Source: an uncultured Candidatus Poseidoniales archaeon (GTDB lineage Archaea > Thermoplasmatota > Poseidoniia > Poseidoniales > Poseidoniaceae). Taken from it: DNA of 64,000 bases. Both the position numbers and the translations under genes were made by a program. The notes beneath the pieces were generated by a model, which had not been told where the DNA came from, made no database searches, and saw only the letters and a program-made list of their open reading frames with translations. Below are positions 19,121-28,122 of the stretch, piece by piece; position 1 is the stretch's first letter, and each line of letters begins with the position of its first letter. The stretch covers positions 143,669 to 207,668 of the forward strand of contig CM001443.1 of the NCBI GenBank assembly GCA_000246735.1. Reading direction: 5' to 3'.

Positions 19121-20875
19121 ATGGCAGGTCCATCCAAAGTTGAATTTCCAGGGCAGAAAAAGCAACGCGTCCGCATGCGCGGGACGAAGCACGCCAACGA
19201 AGCCACAGCGAATCGTATCAAGCGAGAGTTGGCACAATTGCTCGAAGATCCGGAAGAAAAACTTCCCACAATGATGTGGAAGGGTCGACTTCGTTGGGGC
19301 CGGAAAGATCCTGTGACGAAAACGCTCAACGAACTCAAAATTATCATCAAGAAAAAGAACGATGTTCGTTGGCTTGGAAAGCGAATGATGGCAAAGCGCG
19401 GCGATCCTGTTGCCAAGGCCTTTGCCGGTTCACTGCACGCCGCTCACGATGAAGATTTTACCATGGTTGGGAAGTTCAGTTCGGGTTCCTTCGGAGGAGC
19501 GTCGTTCATCCGACGTGGAGATGGTAAGCAAGGCTACCTTGCCGGTCTGCAAAACCATTCACACCTCACACTGCGCATGCTACCGTGGGAAGATCATGCC
19601 AAGCGAGGTATGTACTTCTTCACCTGGAAAGGTGGCTTTGTATGCACTGGGCCGAACCCCTCGCCTCCGGACGAATGGCTCGAAGATGTCCTCGATCGAT
19701 CACGATTTGATTTCACCAAAGACGATGAAATCCCGCTCCCGGTTTGGGTCACAAACGATCTCGATCCGAACGCAGTGTTGGAATTCAATCCAAGCGGAGA
19801 TGGATACGTCCGTTTCTCGTTCAAACACGGGCCTGTTGTGGCGATCGGTTTTGATGCACTTGGGGAATCTGGGAAGAAAGAAGCCTCCTTCATTCACCAC
19901 CTTGCTCTTTCGATGCTCCCTCCCTTCTTGCCTTCAATCCTCACGATTGAAGCAAACTGGGCGCCAAAAGGATGGCCTGAAGGAAAGGCACTTCCCGAGG
20001 CTTCTGCAGAAGGTATCGACAAGGTCATCGATGCATGGCAAGGCCTCACAATGAATGAAGGGTTGATTGCCATGGCAGTTCAACGGGCTGTTATTGACGC
20101 TATTGACGAAGGATTGGTCCTCGGAGATATGTGGATTGAAGGCAACGATCTCGACACTATCGAACAGGGTCTTGCCGACCATGCTGGGTCAATCGATGAA
20201 CGCCATCTTACCGCCCACATGCTCCTTGCTTCAATGAGCGAAGGCCCGACTGATGAAGTTGGAATGAGAATCAATCCAAGAGGCGATATCGCTGACCGCA
20301 AGGGTCAGGCGTTAGAAATTATGACTGGTACAAGCTGTGGAAATATTCTCGGCACACTTTGGGAAAAATGGGGCATGGCGGGCCTGGCTGGACTCGGGAT
20401 TGAAGGCGAAGAGGCTGAAGAAATCTGGAAGAAGCAGAACAAGAAACCCCAGCCTTTCGGCACCTTCCTCAAAGGCCTTGATTCTGCGCGAAGTCAAGCG
20501 CGCCGCGTGGCTCGATTCCCGACTCGGAGTGGAGAGTTTAGTGGCGCCGCAGGTACAATTCACGACCTTGTTCTCCAAGGTCTGCTCGATGGAATCGGAA
20601 AAGCTGAGCGTGTGGCAACGTCTCGTCATGCATCGATCGATGAAGCAGCCGCCTCATGGGCGTGGTTGCTTGCTGCAGGTCGCTCGGCCGGGCAAGATTG
20701 GCACTTTGAATCCAATGCAAGGGATCGTGCCGGGGCTTGGCTCGCCGCAACGAAAACCTTGCTTGCCGCAGGCGAATCCTTGCTTGCTACTGAGCCTGAT
20801 GAAGTCGATGGATTAAGAATTGAATGGCAAAGTGCCTTCGACGCATTGAAGGTCGTCACAGGCGAATCCATCTGA
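19121..20875 (+). CDS. hypothetical protein (584 aa), predicted largely alpha-helical, no family recognised; divergently paired with the AAA+ ATPase
   Basis: long ORF with protein-like composition; 100-bp divergent spacer containing two TATA-like boxes (ggttatatt, gggtatatg). Confidence 0.55.
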   Translation: MAGPSKVEFPGQKKQRVRMRGTKHANEATANRIKRELAQLLEDPEEKLPTMMWKGRLRWGRKDPVTKTLNELKIIIKKKNDVRWLGKRMMAKRGDPVAKAFAGSLHAAHDEDFTMVGKFSSGSFGGASFIRRGDGKQGYLAGLQNHSHLTLRMLPWEDHAKRGMYFFTWKGGFVCTGPNPSPPDEWLEDVLDRSRFDFTKDDEIPLPVWVTNDLDPNAVLEFNPSGDGYVRFSFKHGPVVAIGFDALGESGKKEASFIHHLALSMLPPFLPSILTIEANWAPKGWPEGKALPEASAEGIDKVIDAWQGLTMNEGLIAMAVQRAVIDAIDEGLVLGDMWIEGNDLDTIEQGLADHAGSIDERHLTAHMLLASMSEGPTDEVGMRINPRGDIADRKGQALEIMTGTSCGNILGTLWEKWGMAGLAGLGIEGEEAEEIWKKQNKKPQPFGTFLKGLDSARSQARRVARFPTRSGEFSGAAGTIHDLVLQGLLDGIGKAERVATSRHASIDEAAASWAWLLAAGRSAGQDWHFESNARDRAGAWLAATKTLLAAGESLLATEPDEVDGLRIEWQSAFDALKVVTGESI

Positions 20876-20881
20876 TTGGCC

Positions 20882-21484
20882 TCAATGAGGCAACAGAATC
20901 CAAATCGCCACACCGACGAGTGAGGCGCCCAAAGCTATGTTCAGTCGCTTTGCATTCTGTTGGGAACTGAACGAGCGTCGCAAGGCAACGCCGAATCCGG
21001 CCCAAACCAGGACTGCTGGGTATCCAGCGAAGGCATTGAGTGCCACAAGCGCCACTTTCGCAGTAATTCCTTGGCCAAACAGAGTCCCCCATGTGGCCAT
21101 GATGGCGAGGAAATGAATCCATGCCTTACCGTTGACAAATTGCAACATGGCACCGGTAAGAAATCCTAATTGATCCGTGCTCTGTGCTTCCTCAAGTGGT
21201 TTCGTTTCCGATTTCGCAATTACATAACCAAGGTAAGCGATGTAAGCGGCCCCCGCATAGGTTAAGAGATTGAAGAAGCCTTGATTGGATTCGATGGCGG
21301 TGATAGCGACGCCCACGATCACGCCAAGAACCGACCATCCAGTGAGCATGCCAAGCGTGAGAGGGATGGTTGAGCGGAAGCCGTGCTGGGCACCATGTGC
21401 AGCGCAGAGCATGTTGTTAGGCCCTGGCGTGAAACACATTGGTATGATGAAGACGAGCAACGCAATCAGCGCACTGGTGTCCAT
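20882..21484 (-). CDS. LysE/RhtB-family amino-acid exporter
   Basis: N-terminal LIALLVFIIPMCFTPGPNN signature, 6 TM, about 200 aa. Confidence 0.75.
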   Translation of the reverse strand: MDTSALIALLVFIIPMCFTPGPNNMLCAAHGAQHGFRSTIPLTLGMLTGWSVLGVIVGVAITAIESNQGFFNLLTYAGAAYIAYLGYVIAKSETKPLEEAQSTDQLGFLTGAMLQFVNGKAWIHFLAIMATWGTLFGQGITAKVALVALNAFAGYPAVLVWAGFGVALRRSFSSQQNAKRLNIALGASLVGVAIWILLPH

Positions 21485-21508
21485 TTTTCATACCTCGATT
21501 GGAGCGAT

Positions 21509-22699
21509 TCAGACGTTCGCAAATCCACGCTCGATATCTGCCCACAGATCTTCGACGTCTTCGATTCCAATGCTCATTCGCACATAGCCGGGTACCAAGC
21601 CTGCTGCATGCCGAACATCTTCTGGGATCATCATGTGGCTGGAATTGAAGGGGCACTCGACCAGTGATTCAACGCCACCAAGGCTTGTTGCTTCGTAGAT
21701 CATTGTCAGGCCTCGCATGAATTTTAGAGCCGCTTCATCGCCGCCTTTAACGACAAATCCGATCATGCCTGTACCCTTAGGCATCACGCGCTGAGCGACT
21801 TCGTAATCATCATGGGAAGGGAGAGCCGGGTGGTTCACTCGCTCGATCATCGGGTGCGCTTCAAATCGTTGCGCAAGGGTGAATGCGTTGGAGCAAATCG
21901 TTGGCATGCGGACGTGAAGTGTCCTCATACCACGTTCCAAAAGATAGCTACTATGTGGGTCTGGCGAGCCGCCGAAGTGCACTTTGCGTGGGAAAATTTG
22001 AGCGATTAATTCCTTCGATCCAATAACAGCTCCACCGATGATGTCTGAATGGCCACCAAGATATTTGGTGGTTGAATGAATTACCAAGTCAACGCCCATG
22101 GACAACGGTTGGCATGCCCATGGTGAGGCGAAGGTGTTGTCAATGATGCACAACAAATTATGTCGCTTTGCGACGTCGACCATTGCGGGAATGTCACAGA
22201 CTTTCAACACTGGGTTGGTCAGTGTTTCGATGTAGATGAGTTTGGTGTTGGGTTGTATGGCTGCTTCGTAGGCTGCTGGATCTCGCATATCTGCCATGGT
22301 TGTTTCAATGCCAAAACGAGGGAGTTCTTCGGTCAAGAGACCGTACGTGCCGCCATAAACGTCGGTGGAGGCGACAACGTGGTCGCCAGAGCTGAGGAGG
22401 GACATCAGGGTGGTAGAAATTGCTGCCATTCCAGAAGCAAATGTTTCAGCGTCTTCTCCGCCTTCCATAGCGGTGAGTTTCTGAGCCGCTGCATCCGAGT
22501 TCACGGTTGAAAGGCGAGCGTAGAGAAGGGTGTGTTGTGCGCCTGCAGCCCATCCAGCATAGCGTTCATCTGTGAGTTTGTACGTCGAAGATTGAAAAAT
22601 TGGTGTGTTCACGGCATTCCCAATATGGTTGGTTCCGCTGTGAACTGCTTTGCTTCCAAAACCTTGGAAGTCGGTTGATTTTTTATCGCCCATCTTCAT
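21509..22699 (-). CDS. PLP-dependent Cys/Met-metabolism enzyme (O-acetylhomoserine sulfhydrylase / cystathionine gamma-synthase / gamma-lyase family)
   Basis: HSTTKYLGGHSDIIGGAV (PLP-lysine loop), GGEDAETFASGMAAI, overall gamma-family architecture. Confidence 0.85.
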   Translation of the reverse strand: MKMGDKKSTDFQGFGSKAVHSGTNHIGNAVNTPIFQSSTYKLTDERYAGWAAGAQHTLLYARLSTVNSDAAAQKLTAMEGGEDAETFASGMAAISTTLMSLLSSGDHVVASTDVYGGTYGLLTEELPRFGIETTMADMRDPAAYEAAIQPNTKLIYIETLTNPVLKVCDIPAMVDVAKRHNLLCIIDNTFASPWACQPLSMGVDLVIHSTTKYLGGHSDIIGGAVIGSKELIAQIFPRKVHFGGSPDPHSSYLLERGMRTLHVRMPTICSNAFTLAQRFEAHPMIERVNHPALPSHDDYEVAQRVMPKGTGMIGFVVKGGDEAALKFMRGLTMIYEATSLGGVESLVECPFNSSHMMIPEDVRHAAGLVPGYVRMSIGIEDVEDLWADIERGFANV

Positions 22700-22730
22700 C
22701 CCTCATGCTTGTCGAAACTGTGGCCATCAT

Positions 22731-23780
22731 TTACTCTTCCGAATCAGCATGTGTAAACAATTCGACAACAATGTTGCCCAAGAAGAGTGCGCCACCTCCA
22801 ATTAGAATCCATGTGCTCCAGTCCACAAGGCCAAGCCCGAGGCCGTATGTCGTTGCCCATACCGGTTCAAGGGCATAGATGATGGCTGCTTGAATTGGAT
22901 GCAAATAGCGTTGGTACATGTTGAGCAAGAGTAAGCAGAAGAACGACCCCCCAATACCTAGGCATAGCACTGGAATAAATACGCCATCAGCAAAGATGAA
23001 TCGCCATTCTTCGATGCTCCGTCCACCTCCAAGCAGCAAGACCATGGCCACAGCCCCAAGAGCGACGACTGCGAACGAGGTTTGCGTTACACCAACCGGG
23101 TCCATCACTTGAGTGATCCTCTGGGTGTAGATGATGTGCAGTGCAAAAAACACGGCGCAAACCACCGTCATTACCTCGCCAAAGCCCCACGTCAAGTGTG
23201 GAGGGCCTTGTATGAATCCGGCACCGAATGTTGCGAGCAATACGCCGAACATCAGCACGCGAGAAGGCTGCGATTTGGTCATGAGAATCGTAATCAGTGC
23301 GGTAAACACCACGTAAAGCGATGTGAGGAACGCGGAAACAGCTGGGTTAATTTCGTCAAGTCCAATCATTTGAGTGACGAAGCCAACAAGCATGACGCCG
23401 CCAAGCAAAGCGCCGCCTTTCCATTGTTCTTTGTCTCGCAACGCAGCCCTTGCTTTGGGAAAGAAAATCACCATGACAAGTGCTGCAATCGCAAACCGAG
23501 CAGCAACAAGAACGCCAACAACTCTGTTGCTCCCGTACGCCTCGATCTCTGGCTGGAGTTCGTTGAGCGCCTGCTTCATCCAAATGAACGTCGCACCCCA
23601 AACTGATGTAACGACCAAAAGCGCTCCGATGGCTCTTTTTCGTTGATGTGGAGCAAACGGCGTCATTGCTAACTGAGCGTCATGCCCGACAGCCGACTCC
23701 GTCATGGGTGCGCCTCGATGGTTCGACTCATGAGGGTGACGCTTCAGACAGGGTCTTTTCAGCAACCACAACGCGAACAC
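22731..23780 (-). CDS. DMT-superfamily (EamA-like) membrane transporter
   Basis: 10 TM helices in two 5-TM halves; true start probably internal (MTESAV or MTPFAP). Confidence 0.5.
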   Translation of the reverse strand: MFALWLLKRPCLKRHPHESNHRGAPMTESAVGHDAQLAMTPFAPHQRKRAIGALLVVTSVWGATFIWMKQALNELQPEIEAYGSNRVVGVLVAARFAIAALVMVIFFPKARAALRDKEQWKGGALLGGVMLVGFVTQMIGLDEINPAVSAFLTSLYVVFTALITILMTKSQPSRVLMFGVLLATFGAGFIQGPPHLTWGFGEVMTVVCAVFFALHIIYTQRITQVMDPVGVTQTSFAVVALGAVAMVLLLGGGRSIEEWRFIFADGVFIPVLCLGIGGSFFCLLLLNMYQRYLHPIQAAIIYALEPVWATTYGLGLGLVDWSTWILIGGGALFLGNIVVELFTHADSEE

Positions 23781-23791
23781 TCAAGGAGTGA

Positions 23792-25189
23792 ATGAGGTGT
23801 GTGGCAGTCATGACCAAGGATGCTGGTGCTGCCGAGCGTATCTGGGAGCACCCAATCGAAACCGGTGATGCTCCGAAAAATGGTGAGACGTTTGACGCCA
23901 TCGTTGTGGGTGGAGGCCCTGGTGGTTCGTCCGCAGCAGGCTATTTGGCAATGGCTGGAAAGAAAGTGCTGCTCATCGAAAAAGATGTGTGGCCACGCGA
24001 CAAAGTCTGTGGCGACGCTGTTGGAGGTAAGTCCCTAAGTCACGTCTCAACGCTTGGAGTAAAGGCAGACTTAGAGTCGACGCCGCATTTCCGTGTGACA
24101 GGTATTTTGTTTTCATCACCAAAGGGCAACAAGGTTCGCGTTCCACTTCCAGAAGAAGATGTTGCGAAGCTTGAGGCGGGCTATTCGCTTCCGCGCGCTC
24201 AGTTCGACGCACTGCTCTTCAAGCGGTGCCAAAGCATGGTCAGAGAAGCCGGTGGGTCTGTGATTCAAGGTGGGGAAGTTCGAACCGTGCTTTTCGATGA
24301 TGGTAACGGAGGCGGGGACCCTGGAGAAGGCAGCGGCGATGCGCGGCATGCTGCTGGCGTCATTGTCCGAATCGGTGGCAGGAAAGGAGAGGAATTCACT
24401 TTCCACACCCGTGAATTAGTCGGTGCTGCAGGGTATCGATGCCCCGTAGCAAAATCTGTCGTCGAGTCAAGTTACAATGAAGAAATGATGGACAGAGACC
24501 ACTATTGTGGTGGCTACAGAGAATATTGGCGCAACGTCAAGGGCTGTGAAGCTGCGAGTGGAGACATCGAGATCCACTTTGTCGATACGGTGATTCCGGG
24601 CTACTTCTGGCTCTTCCCTGTGTCCGACAATGTCGTGAACGTTGGCATTGGCATGGTGATGGGTCTGCTTGACAAACAGAAGAAGAAGTTGAAAGCCCTT
24701 CAAGCCGATGTCATCGCTAATCATCCAATGTTCAAAGATCGCTTTGCTGAGGCAGAGATGGTGGCGGGTTCGGCGAAAGGTTGGCAACTACCATTTGGCT
24801 CTCCCCGAAAGAAATCCAAGATGCATCCGCGCCGTTCGAGCATGAATGGGGTCCGGTTGGTCGGCGACGCTGCCTCCCTCGTGGATCCATTCTCAGGTGA
24901 AGGCGTTGGAAACGCACTCGTCACGGGAGAAATAGCTGCAAATCACATTTTGGGCGGAAAAACGCCCATCGAATATCAAGAGGAAGTTTGGAAGGTCCTC
25001 GGCCCCGAACTCATCAATTCCTATCGGATGCAAAAGTTGAGCCGCCGTTCATGGTTGCTCAATTGGTTTGTCGGAAAGGCGGAAAAGAAACCTGCTTTAC
25101 AAGAAATGATGACGGAAATGATTGCAAGTAAAGAGGCGCAAGAAAACCTTCATTCGCCTTGGTTCATGATGAAGACATTGCTCTTTTGA
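23792..25189 (+). CDS. geranylgeranyl reductase family FAD-dependent oxidoreductase (archaeal lipid saturase-like)
   Basis: FDAIVVGGGPGGSSAAGYLAMAGKKVLLIEK (FAD GxGxxG) followed by RDKVCGDAVG (GGR CGG/CGE motif); 465 aa with an acidic Gly-rich insertion. Confidence 0.8.
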   Translation: MRCVAVMTKDAGAAERIWEHPIETGDAPKNGETFDAIVVGGGPGGSSAAGYLAMAGKKVLLIEKDVWPRDKVCGDAVGGKSLSHVSTLGVKADLESTPHFRVTGILFSSPKGNKVRVPLPEEDVAKLEAGYSLPRAQFDALLFKRCQSMVREAGGSVIQGGEVRTVLFDDGNGGGDPGEGSGDARHAAGVIVRIGGRKGEEFTFHTRELVGAAGYRCPVAKSVVESSYNEEMMDRDHYCGGYREYWRNVKGCEAASGDIEIHFVDTVIPGYFWLFPVSDNVVNVGIGMVMGLLDKQKKKLKALQADVIANHPMFKDRFAEAEMVAGSAKGWQLPFGSPRKKSKMHPRRSSMNGVRLVGDAASLVDPFSGEGVGNALVTGEIAANHILGGKTPIEYQEEVWKVLGPELINSYRMQKLSRRSWLLNWFVGKAEKKPALQEMMTEMIASKEAQENLHSPWFMMKTLLF

Positions 25190-25198
25190 GGTGCGGGT

Positions 25199-25987
25199 AT
25201 GGATGCGAAACTTGACGGTGTTGAAGCGGTCTTTCTCGACCTCGACGGTACGATCTACCTTGGTGGCGCACTGATTCCTGGAGCAATAGAATTCCTCGAC
25301 CGATGCGGCGAGCAGGGGGTCGCGCGGTACTTCCTTTCAAACAACTCAAGCCGTTCGGTCTCGCAGTACCTGAAGAAATTGGAAGGGTTTGGAATTCCTG
25401 CAGTCGAAGAAGACGTGCTACTTTCAACGCATGACCTCTTGGCGTGGCTCAAAAAAGAAGCCATCACTGAAACTTGGCTCATTGGAACCGAGGGCATGCG
25501 AGAAATGATGGAAGAAGTTGGTATTGCTACTCGTTCCACCTCGCCACAGTACGTCGTACTTGGTTACGATACCGAAATCGATTATGAGAAAATTGCAACC
25601 GGTAGCATTCACTTGCACGCCGGTGTCCCTCTCGTAGCAAGCCATCCTGACATGGTGTGCCCATCGCCAGATGGGGGTCTGCCCGATGTTGGCGCTTACC
25701 TTGCCATGCTCAAAGTCACAACAGGCGTCGATCCCGTTCACATCACTGGGAAACCAAACGCTGGAATGATTTTGCATAAGATTGAGGCACTGGGCCTTGA
25801 TCCTGCAAAGTGTGCCATGGTTGGTGACCGATTGTACACCGACATCGCAATGGCGACCCGCGCCGGCTGTGTTGGTGTCCTCGTGTTGTCTGGAGAAGCG
25901 ACCATGGCAGATGTGGAAGCCCTTCCAACTGGGGCTGAACAACGACCCACCATTATTGTCGAGAGCGTGGATAACCTCCTGCGGTGA
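25199..25987 (+). CDS. HAD-superfamily hydrolase, subfamily IIA (NagD-like sugar-phosphatase)
   Basis: motif I FLDLDGT, motif II SNNSS, C-terminal GDRLYTDI motif IV. Confidence 0.8.
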   Translation: MDAKLDGVEAVFLDLDGTIYLGGALIPGAIEFLDRCGEQGVARYFLSNNSSRSVSQYLKKLEGFGIPAVEEDVLLSTHDLLAWLKKEAITETWLIGTEGMREMMEEVGIATRSTSPQYVVLGYDTEIDYEKIATGSIHLHAGVPLVASHPDMVCPSPDGGLPDVGAYLAMLKVTTGVDPVHITGKPNAGMILHKIEALGLDPAKCAMVGDRLYTDIAMATRAGCVGVLVLSGEATMADVEALPTGAEQRPTIIVESVDNLLR

Positions 25988-25994
25988 GTGTACT

Positions 25995-26930
25995 ATGTCA
26001 TTCAGCATTCGGTGGAAATGGTGGCGGGCGCGACGGATGTCGTTTCCTCACGATGAAATTCACAGAGCTGGAGATCTTGCAGAGACACGCTTAGCAAAAC
26101 TCTCTCGGGCTGCTGGGCGAAGGAACGGTTGGAAAATTTACGAATCGGTCCGGATTCCTGACCCCGATGGTGGGCGACGGGAAATCGACATGGTCATCAT
26201 AGGCGGGAACACGATGCTTGTGGTCGAGCAGAAGCATTGGGCTGGTTCGTTTGTGATTACAAAGGAGCACCATTTCGTTCAAAATAGGAACAATGGATCA
26301 CAGCACAACCACGACGGTGTGGCCGATCGAATTGCTCGGAAGGCGGACCTTCTGGCTGCCTTGCACAACAAACGGCTCGGTCTTACGGGAGATGATGAAC
26401 TTGACTTCCGGGTCATCGTAGCCATGACCCACCAACGTCTTGAATGGCCAAAAATTCCGGGTGACTTGAAAGCTGAAATGGTGAATGAAGCCGGATTTAT
26501 CAAACTGCTCGAGACAACGCGGCCAGGAGAACTGAACCAAGACCTCGTTGAAACGCTTGAGGGATTCAACACATGGGACGAGGTTCATCTCAACGGCGGG
26601 TTATTGCTGAAGGGTGATGTCTTTGGTCTTGGTCTTGGCAAGGATGTTGACGAATGGTTCGCCGCACGGACATCGGATGTCAATGCAAACCTCACACAAC
26701 GCCGTTCATTGTTCTCATTGTTCTCGAACAACCCCACAGAAGTTCACCTCAGCCGGGGTTCGAAGAACATCGAGGCGAAGGTCCCATTCGGACTCACCGT
26801 CAACATGCACGTTGTTGGAGAAAAACGGAGCCGCGAAGTGGATTGGGCCAATATTGAACGTATTTTTGTTTCAAAGCCACCTGCAGAATGGGCTGCTCAC
26901 GAGACGTCAAACAAAGAAAAAGCCTCATGA
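25995..26930 (+). CDS. NERD (nuclease-related domain) protein
   Basis: EIDMVIIGGNTMLVVEQKHWAG matches the NERD core; start trimmed to ATG 25995 because the track ORF extends through the HAD gene. Confidence 0.6.
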   Translation: MSFSIRWKWWRARRMSFPHDEIHRAGDLAETRLAKLSRAAGRRNGWKIYESVRIPDPDGGRREIDMVIIGGNTMLVVEQKHWAGSFVITKEHHFVQNRNNGSQHNHDGVADRIARKADLLAALHNKRLGLTGDDELDFRVIVAMTHQRLEWPKIPGDLKAEMVNEAGFIKLLETTRPGELNQDLVETLEGFNTWDEVHLNGGLLLKGDVFGLGLGKDVDEWFAARTSDVNANLTQRRSLFSLFSNNPTEVHLSRGSKNIEAKVPFGLTVNMHVVGEKRSREVDWANIERIFVSKPPAEWAAHETSNKEKAS

Positions 26931-26954
26931 GGGTTGGTCCGACGCTGCTGGTTC

Positions 26955-27257
26955 ATGGCAGCCATGTGGATTGAAGCAATCGGACTTCTTGCTGGCGTGA
27001 TTGGCATTTTTGCTTGGATTCCGCAGATCATTGAAGTATGGGTCCACAAGCGCCATGAGGGGCTCTCGTTGACTTCATTTGGCGTGGTTTCATTTGCGCT
27101 TCTTCTTTGGCTCGTGTACGGTGTTTTGGTGGATTCAATTGCGATGATTCTTGCAAACATCATGACTTTGAGCGTGATTGGCGCCATCATCGTTGGGGCT
27201 CGAAGGGCTCGAAATTCACATCAAATATCAGACGGGTCGGCGGAATCGTCAAATTAG
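26955..27257 (+). CDS. SemiSWEET / PQ-loop small sugar-transporter-like membrane protein (3 TM, about 100 aa)
   Basis: WIPQIIEVWVHKRHEGLSLTSFGVVSFALLLWLVYGVL aligns closely with bacterial SemiSWEET (FLPQV...K...G.S...W..YG.L); start set at first ATG after the TTG track start. Confidence 0.65.
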   Translation: MAAMWIEAIGLLAGVIGIFAWIPQIIEVWVHKRHEGLSLTSFGVVSFALLLWLVYGVLVDSIAMILANIMTLSVIGAIIVGARRARNSHQISDGSAESSN

Positions 27258-27276
27258 TATCTCGTGAACAGAAGGC

Positions 27277-28107
27277 ATGGGCGACAATTTCTGGGACACG
27301 GTTTCCGACAAGAAAGAGGAGGGTACCCCCGCTCCTGACTCGCTAAACCCAGGAGTTCCAGAACGAGATTCACCACAAAAAATTGACCAATTACCGGCGG
27401 CATCTGCATCCGAGAATCTGCCGTCACAGGAAATGAAAGAAGGCTCGCAGTGGTCTGAATTGGAGAAGGAAGAAGTTGAGCCCTCATGGGGGGGTCAACA
27501 CGATTCAGTACGGGACGACGTAGAAATAAGTTCAGAGGTATGGAAAAGCATCGGCCTGTCCCTTGCCTTCACAGCGGTCCTTATTGCAGGTATTTTTTTC
27601 GTGACCCTCCTTGTTTCAGGAACGCTCGAAGACCACTCGATGAAAGACATGCCTCAGGTCGAAGCAACGCTTCTCGAAATGAATTCCTATACTGAAACAT
27701 CATGCAGCGATGATGGTGGCTGCACAGATACGTTGTATGTCGAGGCGTTGTTAGTCCTGCACTGCGCAAATGAAGAAGGTGATACGTGGGCTTGTGGGCC
27801 AGAAAAATCCGAGGCCTCATTTCCATTCTACTTTAGGTACGACTCTGGCTTCTTTGAACCGGTTCCCGCCGAGCACATGGACCAATCGGAATACCAAGAA
27901 ACGCACACGGTCGCCTACGACCCCATGGACCCTACAAGAGTCGATTTGCAACCTGGCTTCCAATTCAATTTCGAATGGGCCATACCTGTGTTCATGGTGT
28001 TAGTTGCCAGCTTTGTCGTTGGCCGCGCCTTATATCGAAGTGATAGCAGCCTCAAAGACGGCTACAGCAATCTCTTCAAACTGGCCACCGGTAAGATCGG
28101 AATCTGA
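27277..28107 (+). CDS. hypothetical bitopic membrane protein: acidic cytoplasmic N-tail beginning MGDNFWDTV, TM, 4-Cys ectodomain, C-terminal TM
   Basis: ORF with IGLSLAFTAVLIAGIFFVTLLV and IPVFMVLVASFVV helices; the N-terminal motif recurs at 62599-62631. Confidence 0.5.
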   Translation: MGDNFWDTVSDKKEEGTPAPDSLNPGVPERDSPQKIDQLPAASASENLPSQEMKEGSQWSELEKEEVEPSWGGQHDSVRDDVEISSEVWKSIGLSLAFTAVLIAGIFFVTLLVSGTLEDHSMKDMPQVEATLLEMNSYTETSCSDDGGCTDTLYVEALLVLHCANEEGDTWACGPEKSEASFPFYFRYDSGFFEPVPAEHMDQSEYQETHTVAYDPMDPTRVDLQPGFQFNFEWAIPVFMVLVASFVVGRALYRSDSSLKDGYSNLFKLATGKIGI

Positions 28108-28122
28108 TGTTAGCAATTGGAA

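Noticed and set aside
25782-25994. Track ORF 25782-26930 starting 200 bp inside the HAD hydrolase gene
   Set aside because: The upstream part overlaps the HAD gene in another frame. The NERD domain begins after ATG 25995, which also directly follows the HAD stop.
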